Source: Clostridia bacterium
Lineage (GTDB): Bacteria; Bacillota; Clostridia; Christensenellales; CAG-314
Assembly (NCBI GenBank): GCA_017500855.1
Contig: JAFVYC010000003.1
Location: 2,144-66,143 of the forward strand
Length of the DNA: 64,000 nt
Direction: 5' to 3'
Shown here: in pieces, positions 32,988 through 42,725 of the stretch
Position numbering within the stretch: position 1 is the stretch's first letter
Layout of the letters: each line of letters opens with the position of its first letter
Notes under the pieces: generated by a model
Seen by the model: only the letters and a program-made list of their open reading frames with translations
Told to the model about the DNA's origin: nothing
Databases searched by the model: none
Program-made: the position numbers and the translations under genes

Positions 32988-33008
32988 CCTCCCTTGTGTA
33001 AAGGGAGG
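32988..33008. repeat. palindromic element CCTCCCTTGTGTAAAGGGAGG (inverted copy of 5976-5994)
   Basis: Its reverse complement, CCTCCCTTTACACAAGGGAGG, contains the 19-nt core seen at 5976-5994. Confidence 0.55.
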
Positions 33009-33137
33009 TGGCACGCTTGCCGTGACGGAGGGATTATTTGCCCTGTGGTGGGATTGTTGACAGTTTACACATTTGACGCTTGCGCAGATTGTAGCTTTGT
33101 GATAGAATATAGTCATTGTTATAAGCAGGAGGTCACC

Positions 33138-33593
33138 ATGAGCGCATGCATTTTTGTTGCTTCCAACTTGCCGTTAGAAGAACATCATCCTTCAAAAAAT
33201 TTTCCAATTCAAATAGATTTGCAAAACAACACTTGTTTTGATGGCAATGCTGATGACAACTTTTTTCTTGAAACTTTTCAAGACGTAGACGTGTACACGG
33301 GCAAAACGCACGGGGTTTGTTTGCAATGGATCTACACCGATGGCAGAGCAAAACAACTGGTGGATTATTTGAAAAATGCTGTTGAACAAAGTGGCGTTGT
33401 GGAACTTTGGCACGTGTGGCTGGATGACTACTACGAATTTGAAACCCGACCGTTTGTTCACAAGCAAACCATGCAAATAGACAGCCTGACAATTGACAAC
33501 ATAAAAGAAATATGCCAAGCGCAAATTTGGAACTCGCCCGATAAACAGCATCCACAACGACCGTCTTTCTACTGTTTGGAACTGACAAAGTAA
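33138..33593 (+). CDS. hypothetical 151-aa cytoplasmic protein
   Basis: AGGAGG SD 6 nt before ATG 33138 (MSACIFVASNLPLEEHHPSKNF...). No motif I recognise. Confidence 0.6.
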   Translation: MSACIFVASNLPLEEHHPSKNFPIQIDLQNNTCFDGNADDNFFLETFQDVDVYTGKTHGVCLQWIYTDGRAKQLVDYLKNAVEQSGVVELWHVWLDDYYEFETRPFVHKQTMQIDSLTIDNIKEICQAQIWNSPDKQHPQRPSFYCLELTK

Positions 33594-33698
33594 TCCACAA
33601 AAGGCTTTTTGTCCACAAAAACAGGGCAAACAATCAATGGTTGAGTGCATTTTCCACTTTTGGTTGCGTGAAAAGGCGCAAAGTCAACAAACAAGTTG

Positions 33699-33727
33699 TT
33701 TACAGCGGGCAAGCAAAGTGGTATAAT
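33699..33727 (+). promoter_or_regulatory. sigma-A-type promoter (extended -10) of the XRE operon
   Basis: TTTACA (33699-33704), 17 nt ending in TGG, then TATAAT (33722-33727). Confidence 0.55.
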
Positions 33728-33755
33728 TGTGGCAACAAACCAAGGGGGAATTGCA

Positions 33756-34253
33756 ATGAACACAATTGGAAAAAGAATTGCAAATTTGAGAAAAGAAAAA
33801 CAACTGAAACAAGACGACCTTGCGCAAATGCTTGGCGTAAGCCCACAGGCCGTTTCCAAGTGGGAAAACGACCAAACCTGCCCGGACATCACGTTGCTAC
33901 CAGACCTTGCCAAAATTCTTGGTGTGACGGTAGACGAACTGCTCAGCGGAAAACAAGCCGTGCAACCTGCCGTGACACTTGTGCCGGAAGAAAAGCGCAA
34001 AAGCTTGGATGAACTGATGTTCCGCATTGTTGTGGACAGTTCCGACGGCGACAAAGTGCGTGTGAACCTTCCGCTAAAACTACTGCAAATTGCCATGGAA
34101 ATGGGCGTGGAAATGCCACAAGTTTCCTCCAACGACGCATTGAAAAACATCAACTGGTCGCAAATTTTGCAACTTGTGGAACAAGGTGCAATTGGCAACC
34201 TTGTGGAAGTGGAAAGTTCCGATGGCGACACCGTTCGCATTTTTGTGGAGTAG
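33756..34253 (+). CDS. XRE-family HTH regulator with a C-terminal SHOCT-like repeat domain
   Basis: MNTIGKRIANLRKEKQLKQDDLAQMLGVSPQAVSKWENDQTCPDITLLPDLAKILGVTVDELL is a classic Cro/C1 HTH. The C-terminal part carries two (V)DSSDGDKVRV / ESSDGDTVRIFV motifs. Confidence 0.85.
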   Translation: MNTIGKRIANLRKEKQLKQDDLAQMLGVSPQAVSKWENDQTCPDITLLPDLAKILGVTVDELLSGKQAVQPAVTLVPEEKRKSLDELMFRIVVDSSDGDKVRVNLPLKLLQIAMEMGVEMPQVSSNDALKNINWSQILQLVEQGAIGNLVEVESSDGDTVRIFVE

Positions 34254-34256
34254 CAA

Positions 34257-34502
34257 ATGAAAATTGTTGTGCAAGAAAATGGCGAAAAACCCATCAAAAT
34301 GTTGATACCCACCTGGCTTTTTGCAAACAGAGTGGGCGCAAACCTTGTTGCCAAAAAGTTGCAAGAGCAAGGAATACACCTAGACAAAAAGCAAGCGTTG
34401 GCTCTTGTGAAGTACCTCAACGCCTACCGAAAAAAGCACAAAGATTGGGTGCTTGTGGACGTGCAAAGTGCCGACGGATCTTGTGTGACAATCAAGGTGT
34501 AG
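34257..34502 (+). CDS. 81-aa protein ending in a SHOCT-like motif, co-transcribed with the XRE gene
   Basis: ATG lies 4 nt after the XRE stop. The C-terminus LVDVQSADGSCVTIKV echoes the motif in the regulator's C-terminal domain. Confidence 0.6.
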   Translation: MKIVVQENGEKPIKMLIPTWLFANRVGANLVAKKLQEQGIHLDKKQALALVKYLNAYRKKHKDWVLVDVQSADGSCVTIKV

Positions 34503-34550
34503 CACGGGCGCAAGGTACTTGAACACGGGTTTTTGCCCAAACAAAACAAA

Positions 34551-34586
34551 AAAATCCCCACCACGTGGTGGGGATTTTGCTGTTTT
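34551..34586 (+). terminator. intrinsic terminator of the XRE operon, built from a GC-hairpin repeat copy
   Basis: AAAATCCCCACC-ACGT-GGTGGGGATTTT followed by a T-rich tail. Confidence 0.75.
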
Positions 34587-34782
34587 TGCCACGCATTGAT
34601 GCGCAAACAAAAATGCACGTGCAACACAAAACCACAAAGCAACAAAAAAGAGCAAACCAACAAGACAAAAATCTTGAAAGTTTGCTCTGTTTTTTTATCA
34701 AAGTGCAGTGCCACTAGGCACGGCTACCAGTTTTTTGCGCCACTTCCCCCACAAAACTGCAGGGGCGTGTGCCAAAATTACA

Positions 34783-37116
34783 CTAGTTTACAGCGTTGGG
34801 AGCAACAACTGCAAGGTAGTCCACGTTGGTTGCATCGCTGGCAATTGTTGTGATGACAATTGTGTTTGCGCCTTGTTTGAGTTCAAGTGCAGCCAATGGA
34901 ATTTCTACCCATGCGTGCCAGTTTTCTTCGCCACCGCTAACAGCAAGCACGTAGTATTCTTCAATTTGAACGTCCTTTCCGTTTACTGTAAGTTTGAACC
35001 AATCCAAAAGCATTGCTTCGTAGTCACGCTTGGAAACGTTCAAAATCAAACCAACCTTTTGGTCTGCTGTGGAGTTTACCGTGAAGGTGATTGTTTTGCC
35101 TGCGCCACCTGCAACGTTGCCAACGTAGCCGTTGCCGTGGGAGCCATTGCCTTGTTTTGCATTAATGCCACCGGCAATTTGTGCGCTTTCTGCTTCGAAA
35201 ATGTACTTGGTGCCTTGAACTTTCAATGCTTCACTTTCCGGCAAAGCTGCTTGGCCAATCCATTGTCTGTCGAGGTAGCCAAAGCGTTTTGTCAACCATC
35301 TCTTCAAGTAGTCGGCTGCTTCACGTTCCGTTCTGTAGCTGTTGAGCTCATTTGTAAGTTCGCCGTTGCCGTAGATAACACGGTTTTCCCAACGTTCGAA
35401 GTTGTGGTCGTAGTATTCTTTGTAGTGAGTTGCAAGTGTTTCGATGTTGGTCAAAAGTGCGTTGAGCAATCCCTTTTCCTTCAAGGAAACCCACTTGTCT
35501 TTTACCATTTCTTGGAACCAGTCTTCGTTGATGAGAACAACTAGCCATGGGTTGGAGTTGTTTGCAGCGTACATGCCTGTTGCGCTGTTCATGAAACCGG
35601 ATCTGATACCGTACGCAGAGTCCTTGTCCCAAGGTGCTTCAAGGCGCAATCTCTTTTCCCCTTCGGGGCCAAAGTCTACGTGGAGATAGAAGCTGGACCA
35701 ACCAATGTCGGGGTCGCACATGATTTCGTGCATGATGTACGTATCAACAAAGGATTGAATGTCTACGTATTGGTTGAGATGGTCGTACACAGAGCCGGAA
35801 ATTGTTGTTTCCACAAGCGCTGTGTAGTCGTCGTTGAACTTGTAGTACTTGTTGTTTACTGCTGCTTGGTACAACATCTTGAACACGTTGTTTGTGTAGT
35901 TCTTGATGAAGTTGCGTTGTGCTGTGGAGTAGGTGTCGCTCTTGATTGTGTAGCCGTTCACACCTGGGTTACGACGTTGTCCGTCCAAACCAATAAGTTG
36001 AACGTTGCCGTAGTCGATGGAGAACGTGTAGTCGCCACCCTTGTTTGGATCTTCCAAATTCCAGTAGCCGTCGTACTCGAACAAGTAGCCGATGTCGGTG
36101 CCTTCGTAGTCGTCGTCCGGTTCGGTTGTGTCCAAACGGTTGGTTTGTTGTTGTTCAACAAGCAAGTACACGCCCCAGTACTGTCCGTTCAAGTAAACTT
36201 CAACGTGGGTGTAGTCACTGCTGTACAATCCGTCTTCTTCCAAGATGTATTGACCCATCAAGAAAGTTGTTGCGTTTTGTTGAAGAGAAAGGTCTTTCCA
36301 GTCGGCAAGAAGAACCCAGCTCTTGAACTTTTCGCCCTCGTTCAAGCCAAGCATTGCTTGCTTTTTGTTGAACTTCAAGCGGATGGGCTTCTTTTCGTAT
36401 TCCAAAGTGTAGTTACCACGAACTTTTACTTCGCAAGGCAAATCTTCAAGAACCCAATCTTCAGGGCAACGGCTAACGGAAACTGTGCTGTCTACGTAGT
36501 CGATAATTCCTGCAAGTTTGTCGTTGCGGTTGTACTTGGTAGCCCATTCGTTGGAACCGTCTTCGGTGTTGATGTCGATGCGAGGCATTTCGTCGAAGAT
36601 GTGTGGTTGGTATGCAAATGGTTCAACGTCTCCGTGGCCTTGGCACTTGTCCTTGCAAACGTCTTCCGTGCAGGAAGAGTTTGTGCATTTTCCGCAAATT
36701 GCACAAACGTTTTGGCAAGTGTGGGCAGGTTCGTCCTTGCAGTCGCACTTTCTAGCGCAAGCTGCCTCGGCGCAACTCAAATCTTTGCAACCACCGCATT
36801 CGGGGCAAACACTTTCACAAACGTGCGCCGGAGCATCGTTGCAAGTGCATTTTTGCGCACATGCATCTTCCGTGCAAGTTTTGTCGGTGCATTTTCCGCA
36901 TTCGGGGCAAACACTTTCGCACTTGTGTGTGCCATCGCAATTGCACTTGTTAGCGCAAGCAGGGTCTTCGCAACCTACGTCTTGACAACCGCCACAAACT
37001 TCACACGCTGTGGAACATTCGTGTGGTTTCGGCGGTGTTGGTGGTTGACAACCAACAATACTGAACAGCATGCAACAAAGCATGAGCACAGCAAAGATCT
37101 TTGTAAAAGTTTTCAT
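34783..37116 (-). CDS. CotH-family protein: lipoprotein with four N-terminal Cys-rich modules and a C-terminal CBM6/35-like domain
   Basis: AGGAGGAAAAC SD. MKTFTKIFAVLMLCCMLFSIVGC is a lipobox. CotH-like core: VKVRGNYTLEYEKKPIRLKFNKK, WVLLADWKD, GVYLLVEQ. The C-terminal block YIFEAESAQIAGG...NGYVGNV...VDYL looks CBM-like. Confidence 0.8.
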   Translation of the reverse strand: MKTFTKIFAVLMLCCMLFSIVGCQPPTPPKPHECSTACEVCGGCQDVGCEDPACANKCNCDGTHKCESVCPECGKCTDKTCTEDACAQKCTCNDAPAHVCESVCPECGGCKDLSCAEAACARKCDCKDEPAHTCQNVCAICGKCTNSSCTEDVCKDKCQGHGDVEPFAYQPHIFDEMPRIDINTEDGSNEWATKYNRNDKLAGIIDYVDSTVSVSRCPEDWVLEDLPCEVKVRGNYTLEYEKKPIRLKFNKKQAMLGLNEGEKFKSWVLLADWKDLSLQQNATTFLMGQYILEEDGLYSSDYTHVEVYLNGQYWGVYLLVEQQQTNRLDTTEPDDDYEGTDIGYLFEYDGYWNLEDPNKGGDYTFSIDYGNVQLIGLDGQRRNPGVNGYTIKSDTYSTAQRNFIKNYTNNVFKMLYQAAVNNKYYKFNDDYTALVETTISGSVYDHLNQYVDIQSFVDTYIMHEIMCDPDIGWSSFYLHVDFGPEGEKRLRLEAPWDKDSAYGIRSGFMNSATGMYAANNSNPWLVVLINEDWFQEMVKDKWVSLKEKGLLNALLTNIETLATHYKEYYDHNFERWENRVIYGNGELTNELNSYRTEREAADYLKRWLTKRFGYLDRQWIGQAALPESEALKVQGTKYIFEAESAQIAGGINAKQGNGSHGNGYVGNVAGGAGKTITFTVNSTADQKVGLILNVSKRDYEAMLLDWFKLTVNGKDVQIEEYYVLAVSGGEENWHAWVEIPLAALELKQGANTIVITTIASDATNVDYLAVVAPNAVN
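36622..37026 (-). repeat. four tandem ~33-codon Cys-knot-like modules in the CotH gene
   Basis: H-x-C-x(3)-C-x-x-CG-x-C-x-D-x-x-C-x-E-x-x-C-x-x-KC-x-C, e.g. HKCESVCPECGKCTDKTCTEDACAQKCTC and HVCESVCPECGGCKDLSCAEAACARKCDC. Confidence 0.8.
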
Positions 37117-37391
37117 GTTTTCCTCCTAAATTAGTGTTTTTTTTTGGGGATTTTTGTTCTCTCTGCAATGGGAAACCCTTGTTACCCATTATAGTACTTA
37201 TATTTTAACAAATAACAAAGTATATATCAATACACATTTTTTCAAACAGGCACAAAAAATGTACCAAAAAACTAAAAAGTTCACATGTTTATTTTATAAC
37301 AAAATTGTGCCACGCAAACAAGCAATTTGGCAACGACTTTTGCATTTCCTCACAAAACGCCAAGGTTATGCCGAAAAACAGCCGTTTGCAA

Positions 37392-37415
37392 ACAAAAAAG
37401 GGCAAAAACGCCCTT
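37392..37415 (-). terminator. intrinsic terminator of the PHP phosphatase gene
   Basis: Minus strand reads AAGGGC-GTTTTT-GCCCTT followed by a T-run, 20 nt after the stop at 37436. Confidence 0.65.
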
Positions 37416-37435
37416 GAAATTGTGGTTTTGAAAAT

Positions 37436-38200
37436 TTACGGCAAGGCAACTGGCTTGCGATTTTGGAAGTAGCACAACGTTGCGCCGTTGGGGATGGTTG
37501 CAAGCACTTGCTCGAAACCACTGCAAAGAGTGTCGGCGCTGTGGCTGTCGCTGTTGAGTTGCACAAACTTGCCACCACAGCTCAAGTAGTGCAAAATACC
37601 GTTTGCATCTGCCATTGGCAAAGTTTTGCCACGACGAAGGGAAGAAGTGTTGAGTTCCGGAACAATGCCGTACTTTGCGCAACGCTCCAACGTGCCAAGC
37701 ACCATTTGGCTGTCCTCGGCGTAGTCGTCGTGCATGCGCTTGGGCAAATCCACGTGGGCAAGCACGTCGAAACCACCTTCTTCCACCATTTCCCGAACGC
37801 ACTTGTTGTACAGCATTTGGTAGTGCGAATTGCTACATTTGCCTGCTACGGGGTAGTAGTTTAGCGGATAGTGCACACCACCAATGATAACGTCCGGTTG
37901 CAAACTTTGCACAAATTTGAGTTCTTGCAAATGGCGATGTGGCGAACCGAATTCGTAGCCAAGCAACAGCAAAATTTGCTTGCCGTACTTTGCCTTGAGC
38001 AAGTGGAACTCTTGGGCACGTTTGCCAAAATCCATTGTGGAAAAGGTGGAAATTTTGTTGGTGAGTTCAATGTGGTCGGTAAAACACAGCGCTTGAACAG
38101 CGGTTTCCAACGCCTTTTGCACGTACTCTTCCATTGAAGTTTGGCTGTCGTAGCTATAGTTGGTGTGTAGGTGCAAATCGCACAAAAAGTTGCTTTTCAT
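37436..38200 (-). CDS. PHP-domain phosphoesterase (HisJ-type histidinol-phosphatase family)
   Basis: N-terminal metal motif CDLHLHTNYSYDS; further His-rich blocks HIELT and GGVHYP. Confidence 0.78.
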   Translation of the reverse strand: MKSNFLCDLHLHTNYSYDSQTSMEEYVQKALETAVQALCFTDHIELTNKISTFSTMDFGKRAQEFHLLKAKYGKQILLLLGYEFGSPHRHLQELKFVQSLQPDVIIGGVHYPLNYYPVAGKCSNSHYQMLYNKCVREMVEEGGFDVLAHVDLPKRMHDDYAEDSQMVLGTLERCAKYGIVPELNTSSLRRGKTLPMADANGILHYLSCGGKFVQLNSDSHSADTLCSGFEQVLATIPNGATLCYFQNRKPVALP

Positions 38201-38272
38201 GCTTCAATGATACAACAACCTGTGGCAATTGTCAACAAAAAGGGTGGGGCGTGGTTGATTTTTGCAAAAATT

Positions 38273-39136
38273 CTACGCTTTGTTTGCCCTTGCAACGCTG
38301 TTGAGTAGCCTGCGTGGCAAATCCAAATTTTGCTTCAAAATTGTGGCAAACTGACTGTAGGGGAAGGGGTGACAGAATTTGTCACTGCCCACTTCCACGG
38401 TGAAAGACGGAATGCCCAAGCTTTGAACACACCAATCCTTGTAGCCACCAACACTGCCCTTTGGCGTGCAAACACGGTACCCCGTGTAGCGAGAAATGCC
38501 GTGGGCAAGCCTTTTGTCACGCTCTAGCCTTTGCCCCGTTTGCCCAAACTCCCAGTAGATTTCCTCCCCCTTCAAGTGATAGGAAAGAGTTGCAACGGGC
38601 TTTACAAAATTGGTGAAATCCACAAGCGCCTTTGTTTCCGGCTCGCTACAAGGGTGTTGCCCAACGTAGTTTTGCCAAGAAGGCTCAAACACGTTGCTTG
38701 TTCCCTTGCCCCAATTTGCAGGGAAGTTGACGTTCAAGTCCACGCCACGCACATTGGCTTTCCACAAAGAAAAATCCTTGCCGTGCTTGCCGTTTATTTT
38801 GACAAGTTGTTTTGCCAAATGTGGCGCAAAATCCACCCCCTGTTGGCAAAGACACACGCCGTCCGGATTGACCATTGGCACAAAGTAGATGCCACCGTCC
38901 ACAAGCAAATGGCTGTTTTTGACCAAATGTTTGGCAAGGCACACCACAAGCAGGCTTGTCAGGTGTTCTCTTGCGTGAATTCCACCTTGCACCACAAGGC
39001 AGTTGCCACCCTTTTTGCCAACGAAAACGTAGGGAATGCATTGATCCAACACACTTTGGCCAATGTTGCCCGTTTCCACGCCAAAATTGCAAAATTTTTC
39101 CATTTCCAACAGCAAATCTTTGTACGTAAACACCAC
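38273..39136 (-). CDS. M14 zinc carboxypeptidase (gamma-D-glutamyl-meso-DAP peptidase-like)
   Basis: Zn motif QGGIHAREHLT, then SYHLKGEEIYW and FTVEVG blocks. The start is uncertain. The track start 39211 lies inside the hpt terminator, so I place it at GTG 39136 (VVFTYKDLLLEMEKF); alternatives are GTG 39133 and ATG 39103. Confidence 0.72.
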   Translation of the reverse strand: MVFTYKDLLLEMEKFCNFGVETGNIGQSVLDQCIPYVFVGKKGGNCLVVQGGIHAREHLTSLLVVCLAKHLVKNSHLLVDGGIYFVPMVNPDGVCLCQQGVDFAPHLAKQLVKINGKHGKDFSLWKANVRGVDLNVNFPANWGKGTSNVFEPSWQNYVGQHPCSEPETKALVDFTNFVKPVATLSYHLKGEEIYWEFGQTGQRLERDKRLAHGISRYTGYRVCTPKGSVGGYKDWCVQSLGIPSFTVEVGSDKFCHPFPYSQFATILKQNLDLPRRLLNSVARANKA

Positions 39137-39151
39137 ACACCCCACAAAAAT

Positions 39152-39164
39152 GCCACCCCGTGGC
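39152..39164. repeat. GC-hairpin repeat copy, opposite orientation
   Basis: GCCACCCCGTGGC. Confidence 0.5.
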
Positions 39165-39209
39165 TCAAAATCTAGTAGTAGTGTATGCCAAAAGCGTGCA
39201 AAATTGACC

Positions 39210-39242
39210 AAAAAAAAAGAGCCAACACAACTGTGTTGACTC
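39210..39242 (-). terminator. intrinsic terminator of hpt
   Basis: Minus strand reads GAGTCAACACA..TGTGTTGGCTC (one mismatch) followed by T8 (plus-strand A-run 39211-18), 12 nt after the stop at 39254. Confidence 0.65.
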
Positions 39243-39253
39243 TCAAAAATATT

Positions 39254-39784
39254 CTACTCGTTGGGCACGCAAACGTCACGCAAATGGCGCATGCGACCGT
39301 CCCAGTCCAATCCGTAGCCAATAACAAACTTGTCGGGAATTTCAAAGCCAATGTACTTGACGTCCACGTCGACAATTCGGCGAGAAGGTTTGGACAAAAG
39401 CGTTGTCATTTCCACGCTTTTTGCCTTGCGACCAAGAAGCAACTCCTTCAAGCGAGAAAGCGTGATGCCACTGTCCACGATGTCTTCCACAACAATGACG
39501 TCTCGGCCTTCGCAGTCTACCGACAAGTCCTTGACGATGGTGATTCCACCACTTGTTTGACGGCCGTTGCCGTAGCTGGAAACGGACATGAAGTCTACGT
39601 CGCAATCCACGTCAATTTCCCTAAGCAAATCTGCCATGTACACCCACGCCCCCTTCAAAACGCCAATGAAAAGTGGGGTTTTGCCTTGGTAGTCGTTGGA
39701 AATTTGTTGCCCCAACTCCTTGATGCGTTGCTTGATGCTTTGTTCGTCGATCAAAACTTCCTTGATGCTACTGTTGTGTTGCAT
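39254..39784 (-). CDS. hpt: hypoxanthine phosphoribosyltransferase
   Basis: AAGGAG SD before ATG 39784. PRPP-binding motif DVIVVEDIVDSGITL; C-terminus GFEIPDKFVIGYGLDW. Confidence 0.9.
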   Translation of the reverse strand: MQHNSSIKEVLIDEQSIKQRIKELGQQISNDYQGKTPLFIGVLKGAWVYMADLLREIDVDCDVDFMSVSSYGNGRQTSGGITIVKDLSVDCEGRDVIVVEDIVDSGITLSRLKELLLGRKAKSVEMTTLLSKPSRRIVDVDVKYIGFEIPDKFVIGYGLDWDGRMRHLRDVCVPNE

Positions 39785-41054
39785 TGCCTTGTTCTCCTTG
39801 TTGTTTGATGTAGTATGTTTGGGACGTTTGGTCCGTTTTGACTTGGTTGGAAATTTCCACGCCACACACAATGAGCACGTTGTTGCCATCGGCAACCACC
39901 ACCAAATTTTGCCGTTGTCGCTGTGGAATTTTTTTGTCTATCAAATACTTGTTGAGTGGTTTTGTGCCACCGCCGAATTTTGTGAACACGTCGCCACTTT
40001 GCGGTGTGCGAAAAACTGCCGTTTGTGGAATTTTGGCAAGGTCGAAGGTCAACGCCCCTTGCGTTTTGCTTGTGGAAACGTCCACCAAACCAACCGGGGT
40101 TTGTGTTGTTCCAACGGCAAAAGGCATGGAAAACGAGGGGACGTCCCTGCCACTTTCTGCAAAAATGCAAATGCTGTTGTAGTCGTTGACGGCAACAAGC
40201 CCAAACGGCAAACAGACTTTTTTGCCACCGTTGTTTTTGGCAAGTGCCAACACGTCGTCCAAATGCACCTTTTCCAGGTCGTGCGTGTAGCCCATTGTTG
40301 CAAACACTTTTTGCAACACACGAACAGCCAACGGGCGTGGTTGAACAAGCAATTCAATGGGGATTTGCGCTTGGTTGCCATCAAACCGTACTGTCGAAAC
40401 GTCGGCAAGTCCGTCCAAAAAGTCGCTGTCTTGCTTGATGGCGTCGGCAAAGCGCAACAAGTTGGTTTTTGCGCCGGGATAGATGCCTTGCAAAAGCGGA
40501 AAAACTTGGTTGCGAATGGCGTTGCGTGCGTGGTTGTTGCACGCATTCGTACTGTCCTCCACGTGTGGCACGCCGTGTTGCTTGGCGTAGCTAGCAATTT
40601 GTTGCCTGTCAAGGCAAAGCATTGGGCGAAGATACTTGCCGTTTTGCCTTTGCATGCCTTGCACGCCGTTTGCCCCACTTCCACGAAGAAGGTGCATCAG
40701 CACGCTTTCGGCATTGTCGTCGGCGTGGTGCGCCAAACAAACGAAATCGCACGGCAAACTTTCAAAAACTTGGTAGCGCAAAATGCGTGCGCCCGTTTCC
40801 ACCGAAAGTTTGTTTTGTTGGCAAAAGCCCACCACGTCTACGGAAATTGTTTGGCAAGGCACGCCAAGCGTTTGGCAAAAGTCCTGCACGAATTGGCAGT
40901 CGGACGAAGCCTCCTTGCGCAAATTGTGGTTGATTGTCACCACGGAAAACTTGGCGGATTTGTGCGTTGTGGCAAACATGTGAAGCATCACCATGCTGTC
41001 CACCCCACCGCTCACGGCAAGCACGTAGGTTTTGGATGTGTCAATTTGTTGCAT
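39768..41054 (-). CDS. tilS: tRNA(Ile)-lysidine synthetase
   Basis: Start is ATG 41054 (MQQIDTSKTYVLAVSGGVDSMVMLHMF; PP-loop SGGxDS). Overlaps hpt by 17 nt; tilS-hpt is the standard Bacillota order. Confidence 0.9.
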   Translation of the reverse strand: MQQIDTSKTYVLAVSGGVDSMVMLHMFATTHKSAKFSVVTINHNLRKEASSDCQFVQDFCQTLGVPCQTISVDVVGFCQQNKLSVETGARILRYQVFESLPCDFVCLAHHADDNAESVLMHLLRGSGANGVQGMQRQNGKYLRPMLCLDRQQIASYAKQHGVPHVEDSTNACNNHARNAIRNQVFPLLQGIYPGAKTNLLRFADAIKQDSDFLDGLADVSTVRFDGNQAQIPIELLVQPRPLAVRVLQKVFATMGYTHDLEKVHLDDVLALAKNNGGKKVCLPFGLVAVNDYNSICIFAESGRDVPSFSMPFAVGTTQTPVGLVDVSTSKTQGALTFDLAKIPQTAVFRTPQSGDVFTKFGGGTKPLNKYLIDKKIPQRQRQNLVVVADGNNVLIVCGVEISNQVKTDQTSQTYYIKQQGEQGNATQQ

Positions 41055-41064
41055 AAAGCACCTG

Positions 41065-41898
41065 CTAGTTTGCGCCCATTTGCACAAGGGCGTTGCTGAG
41101 TTCCACAAACTGTTGTGTGGAAAGTTCTTCCCCACGGCAACCAAGTGGCAAATTGCATTGTTCAAGCAACTGCTCGGCTGTGGCACGTTGCAATTTGAAG
41201 CCCACCATCAAGTTGTTTACAAGCGTTTTGCGACGCATTGCAAAAGCTGCCTTGACGGTTTTGCGGAACATTGCGTGGTCGGCAATGTCGTGCTTGTTTT
41301 TTGCCATGTCAATGCGCACAACGGCGCTGTCTACGTTTGGTTGTGGGTAGAAAAGTGTGCGTGGCAAAATGCGTGTGATGCTGACGTTGGCAACGGCATC
41401 CACGGCAACGGTGATTGCGCCGTAGTCCTTGGTGCCGGGCTTGGCTGCAAGTCGAAGGGCAACTTCCTTTTGGATGGTCAAAGTCATGCTGGAAACCTTG
41501 TTGCCATGCTCAACAAAATTCATGATGAGGGGGGATGTGATGTAGTAGGGGATGTTGGCAACCAATTTGTAGTCGCCGTTGAACATTTCTTCCACTTGTT
41601 GCACTTTGTACTTCATCACGTCGCCAATCACAACCTTGACGTTGGGGCAATCGGCAAGCGTTATTGCAAGCACCTTTTCCAAATTGCGGTCAATTTCAAA
41701 CGCAACCACGTGGTCGGCATTTTTGCTCAAAGCACGGGTGAGAGTGCCTGCGCCTGCGCCAATTTCCAACACGTTGCCACCGCAAATTCCCGCATCTTCG
41801 GCAATGCCTTGAAGCAAATTGCCGTCGGTGAGAAAGTTTTGCCCAAACTGCTTGTTGAAGCGGAAGCCTGCATCTTTCAAAATTTGTTTTACGTCCAT
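41065..41898 (-). CDS. rsmA: 16S rRNA (adenine1518/1519-N6)-dimethyltransferase
   Basis: Start is ATG 41898 (MDVKQILKDAGFRFNKQFGQNFL). SAM motif VLEIGAGAGTLT; NIPYYITSP block. Confidence 0.9.
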   Translation of the reverse strand: MDVKQILKDAGFRFNKQFGQNFLTDGNLLQGIAEDAGICGGNVLEIGAGAGTLTRALSKNADHVVAFEIDRNLEKVLAITLADCPNVKVVIGDVMKYKVQQVEEMFNGDYKLVANIPYYITSPLIMNFVEHGNKVSSMTLTIQKEVALRLAAKPGTKDYGAITVAVDAVANVSITRILPRTLFYPQPNVDSAVVRIDMAKNKHDIADHAMFRKTVKAAFAMRRKTLVNNLMVGFKLQRATAEQLLEQCNLPLGCRGEELSTQQFVELSNALVQMGAN

Positions 41899-42123
41899 TT
41901 TGCACCTTTTGTGTGGTTTTGTTGTTGCCGTTGGCAAAGCAAAGGGAAATTCCCCAAAAATTTGCCACCCAAACCGCCTTGAAAGTTGACAACAAAACAC
42001 TGTTCTAGTGTATATTATACAACAAGATAAAAAAAGTGTAAACATTCTGCAAACAAAAGTTGGCGCTTTTGTTGCAAAAAAAACCGTTTGCAAGTATAAT
42101 GTAGGTACAAAGGAAAAAATCTC

Positions 42124-42687
42124 ATGAAGTACACAGTTTTTGACGTGGAAACACCAAACATGGCAAACGACAGCATCAGTAGCATTGGCGTGTGCGTTGT
42201 GCAAAATGGCACAATTACCAAAACGTTTGCAAGCTTGGTCAATCCTGAAACACATTTCGACATTTTCAACAGCCAACTGACGGGCATCACACCGCAAATG
42301 GTGCAAGGCAAACCCAACTTTGCCGACTTGTGGCCAACGCTGAAACCCATGTTTGATGGGGCAATTCTTGTTGCGCACAATGCCCCCTTCGACATGGGCG
42401 TGCTTGCCAAAGTGCTTGCGCACTACAACATTGCTTGGAAACCATCGGTGCAATGCGCTTGCACGGTGCGAATGGGGCGCAAATGCTTCCCCCACTTCCC
42501 CAACCACAGGCTAGACACAATGTGCCGTCAACTTGACATCCAGTTGGACCACCACCGTGCCGATAGCGACAGCACGGCAACAGCCAACTTGCTTGTGACC
42601 TACCTTCAACAAGGCATCAAGGTGGAAGACTTTGCCAAGCAGTACAAACTGCCCATGCCCATTTCCACGCAAACGTCGCTTTTCTAG
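42124..42687 (+). CDS. DnaQ-like (DEDDh) 3'-5' exonuclease
   Basis: Exo I FDVET, Exo II LVAHNAPFDMGVL, Exo III HHRADSDS. A TTGCAA-17-TATAAT promoter lies ~25 nt upstream. Confidence 0.8.
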   Translation: MKYTVFDVETPNMANDSISSIGVCVVQNGTITKTFASLVNPETHFDIFNSQLTGITPQMVQGKPNFADLWPTLKPMFDGAILVAHNAPFDMGVLAKVLAHYNIAWKPSVQCACTVRMGRKCFPHFPNHRLDTMCRQLDIQLDHHRADSDSTATANLLVTYLQQGIKVEDFAKQYKLPMPISTQTSLF

Positions 42688-42725
42688 CACTCTGCAAAAC
42701 AACTTGAAACACAAAGGAGAAACAA

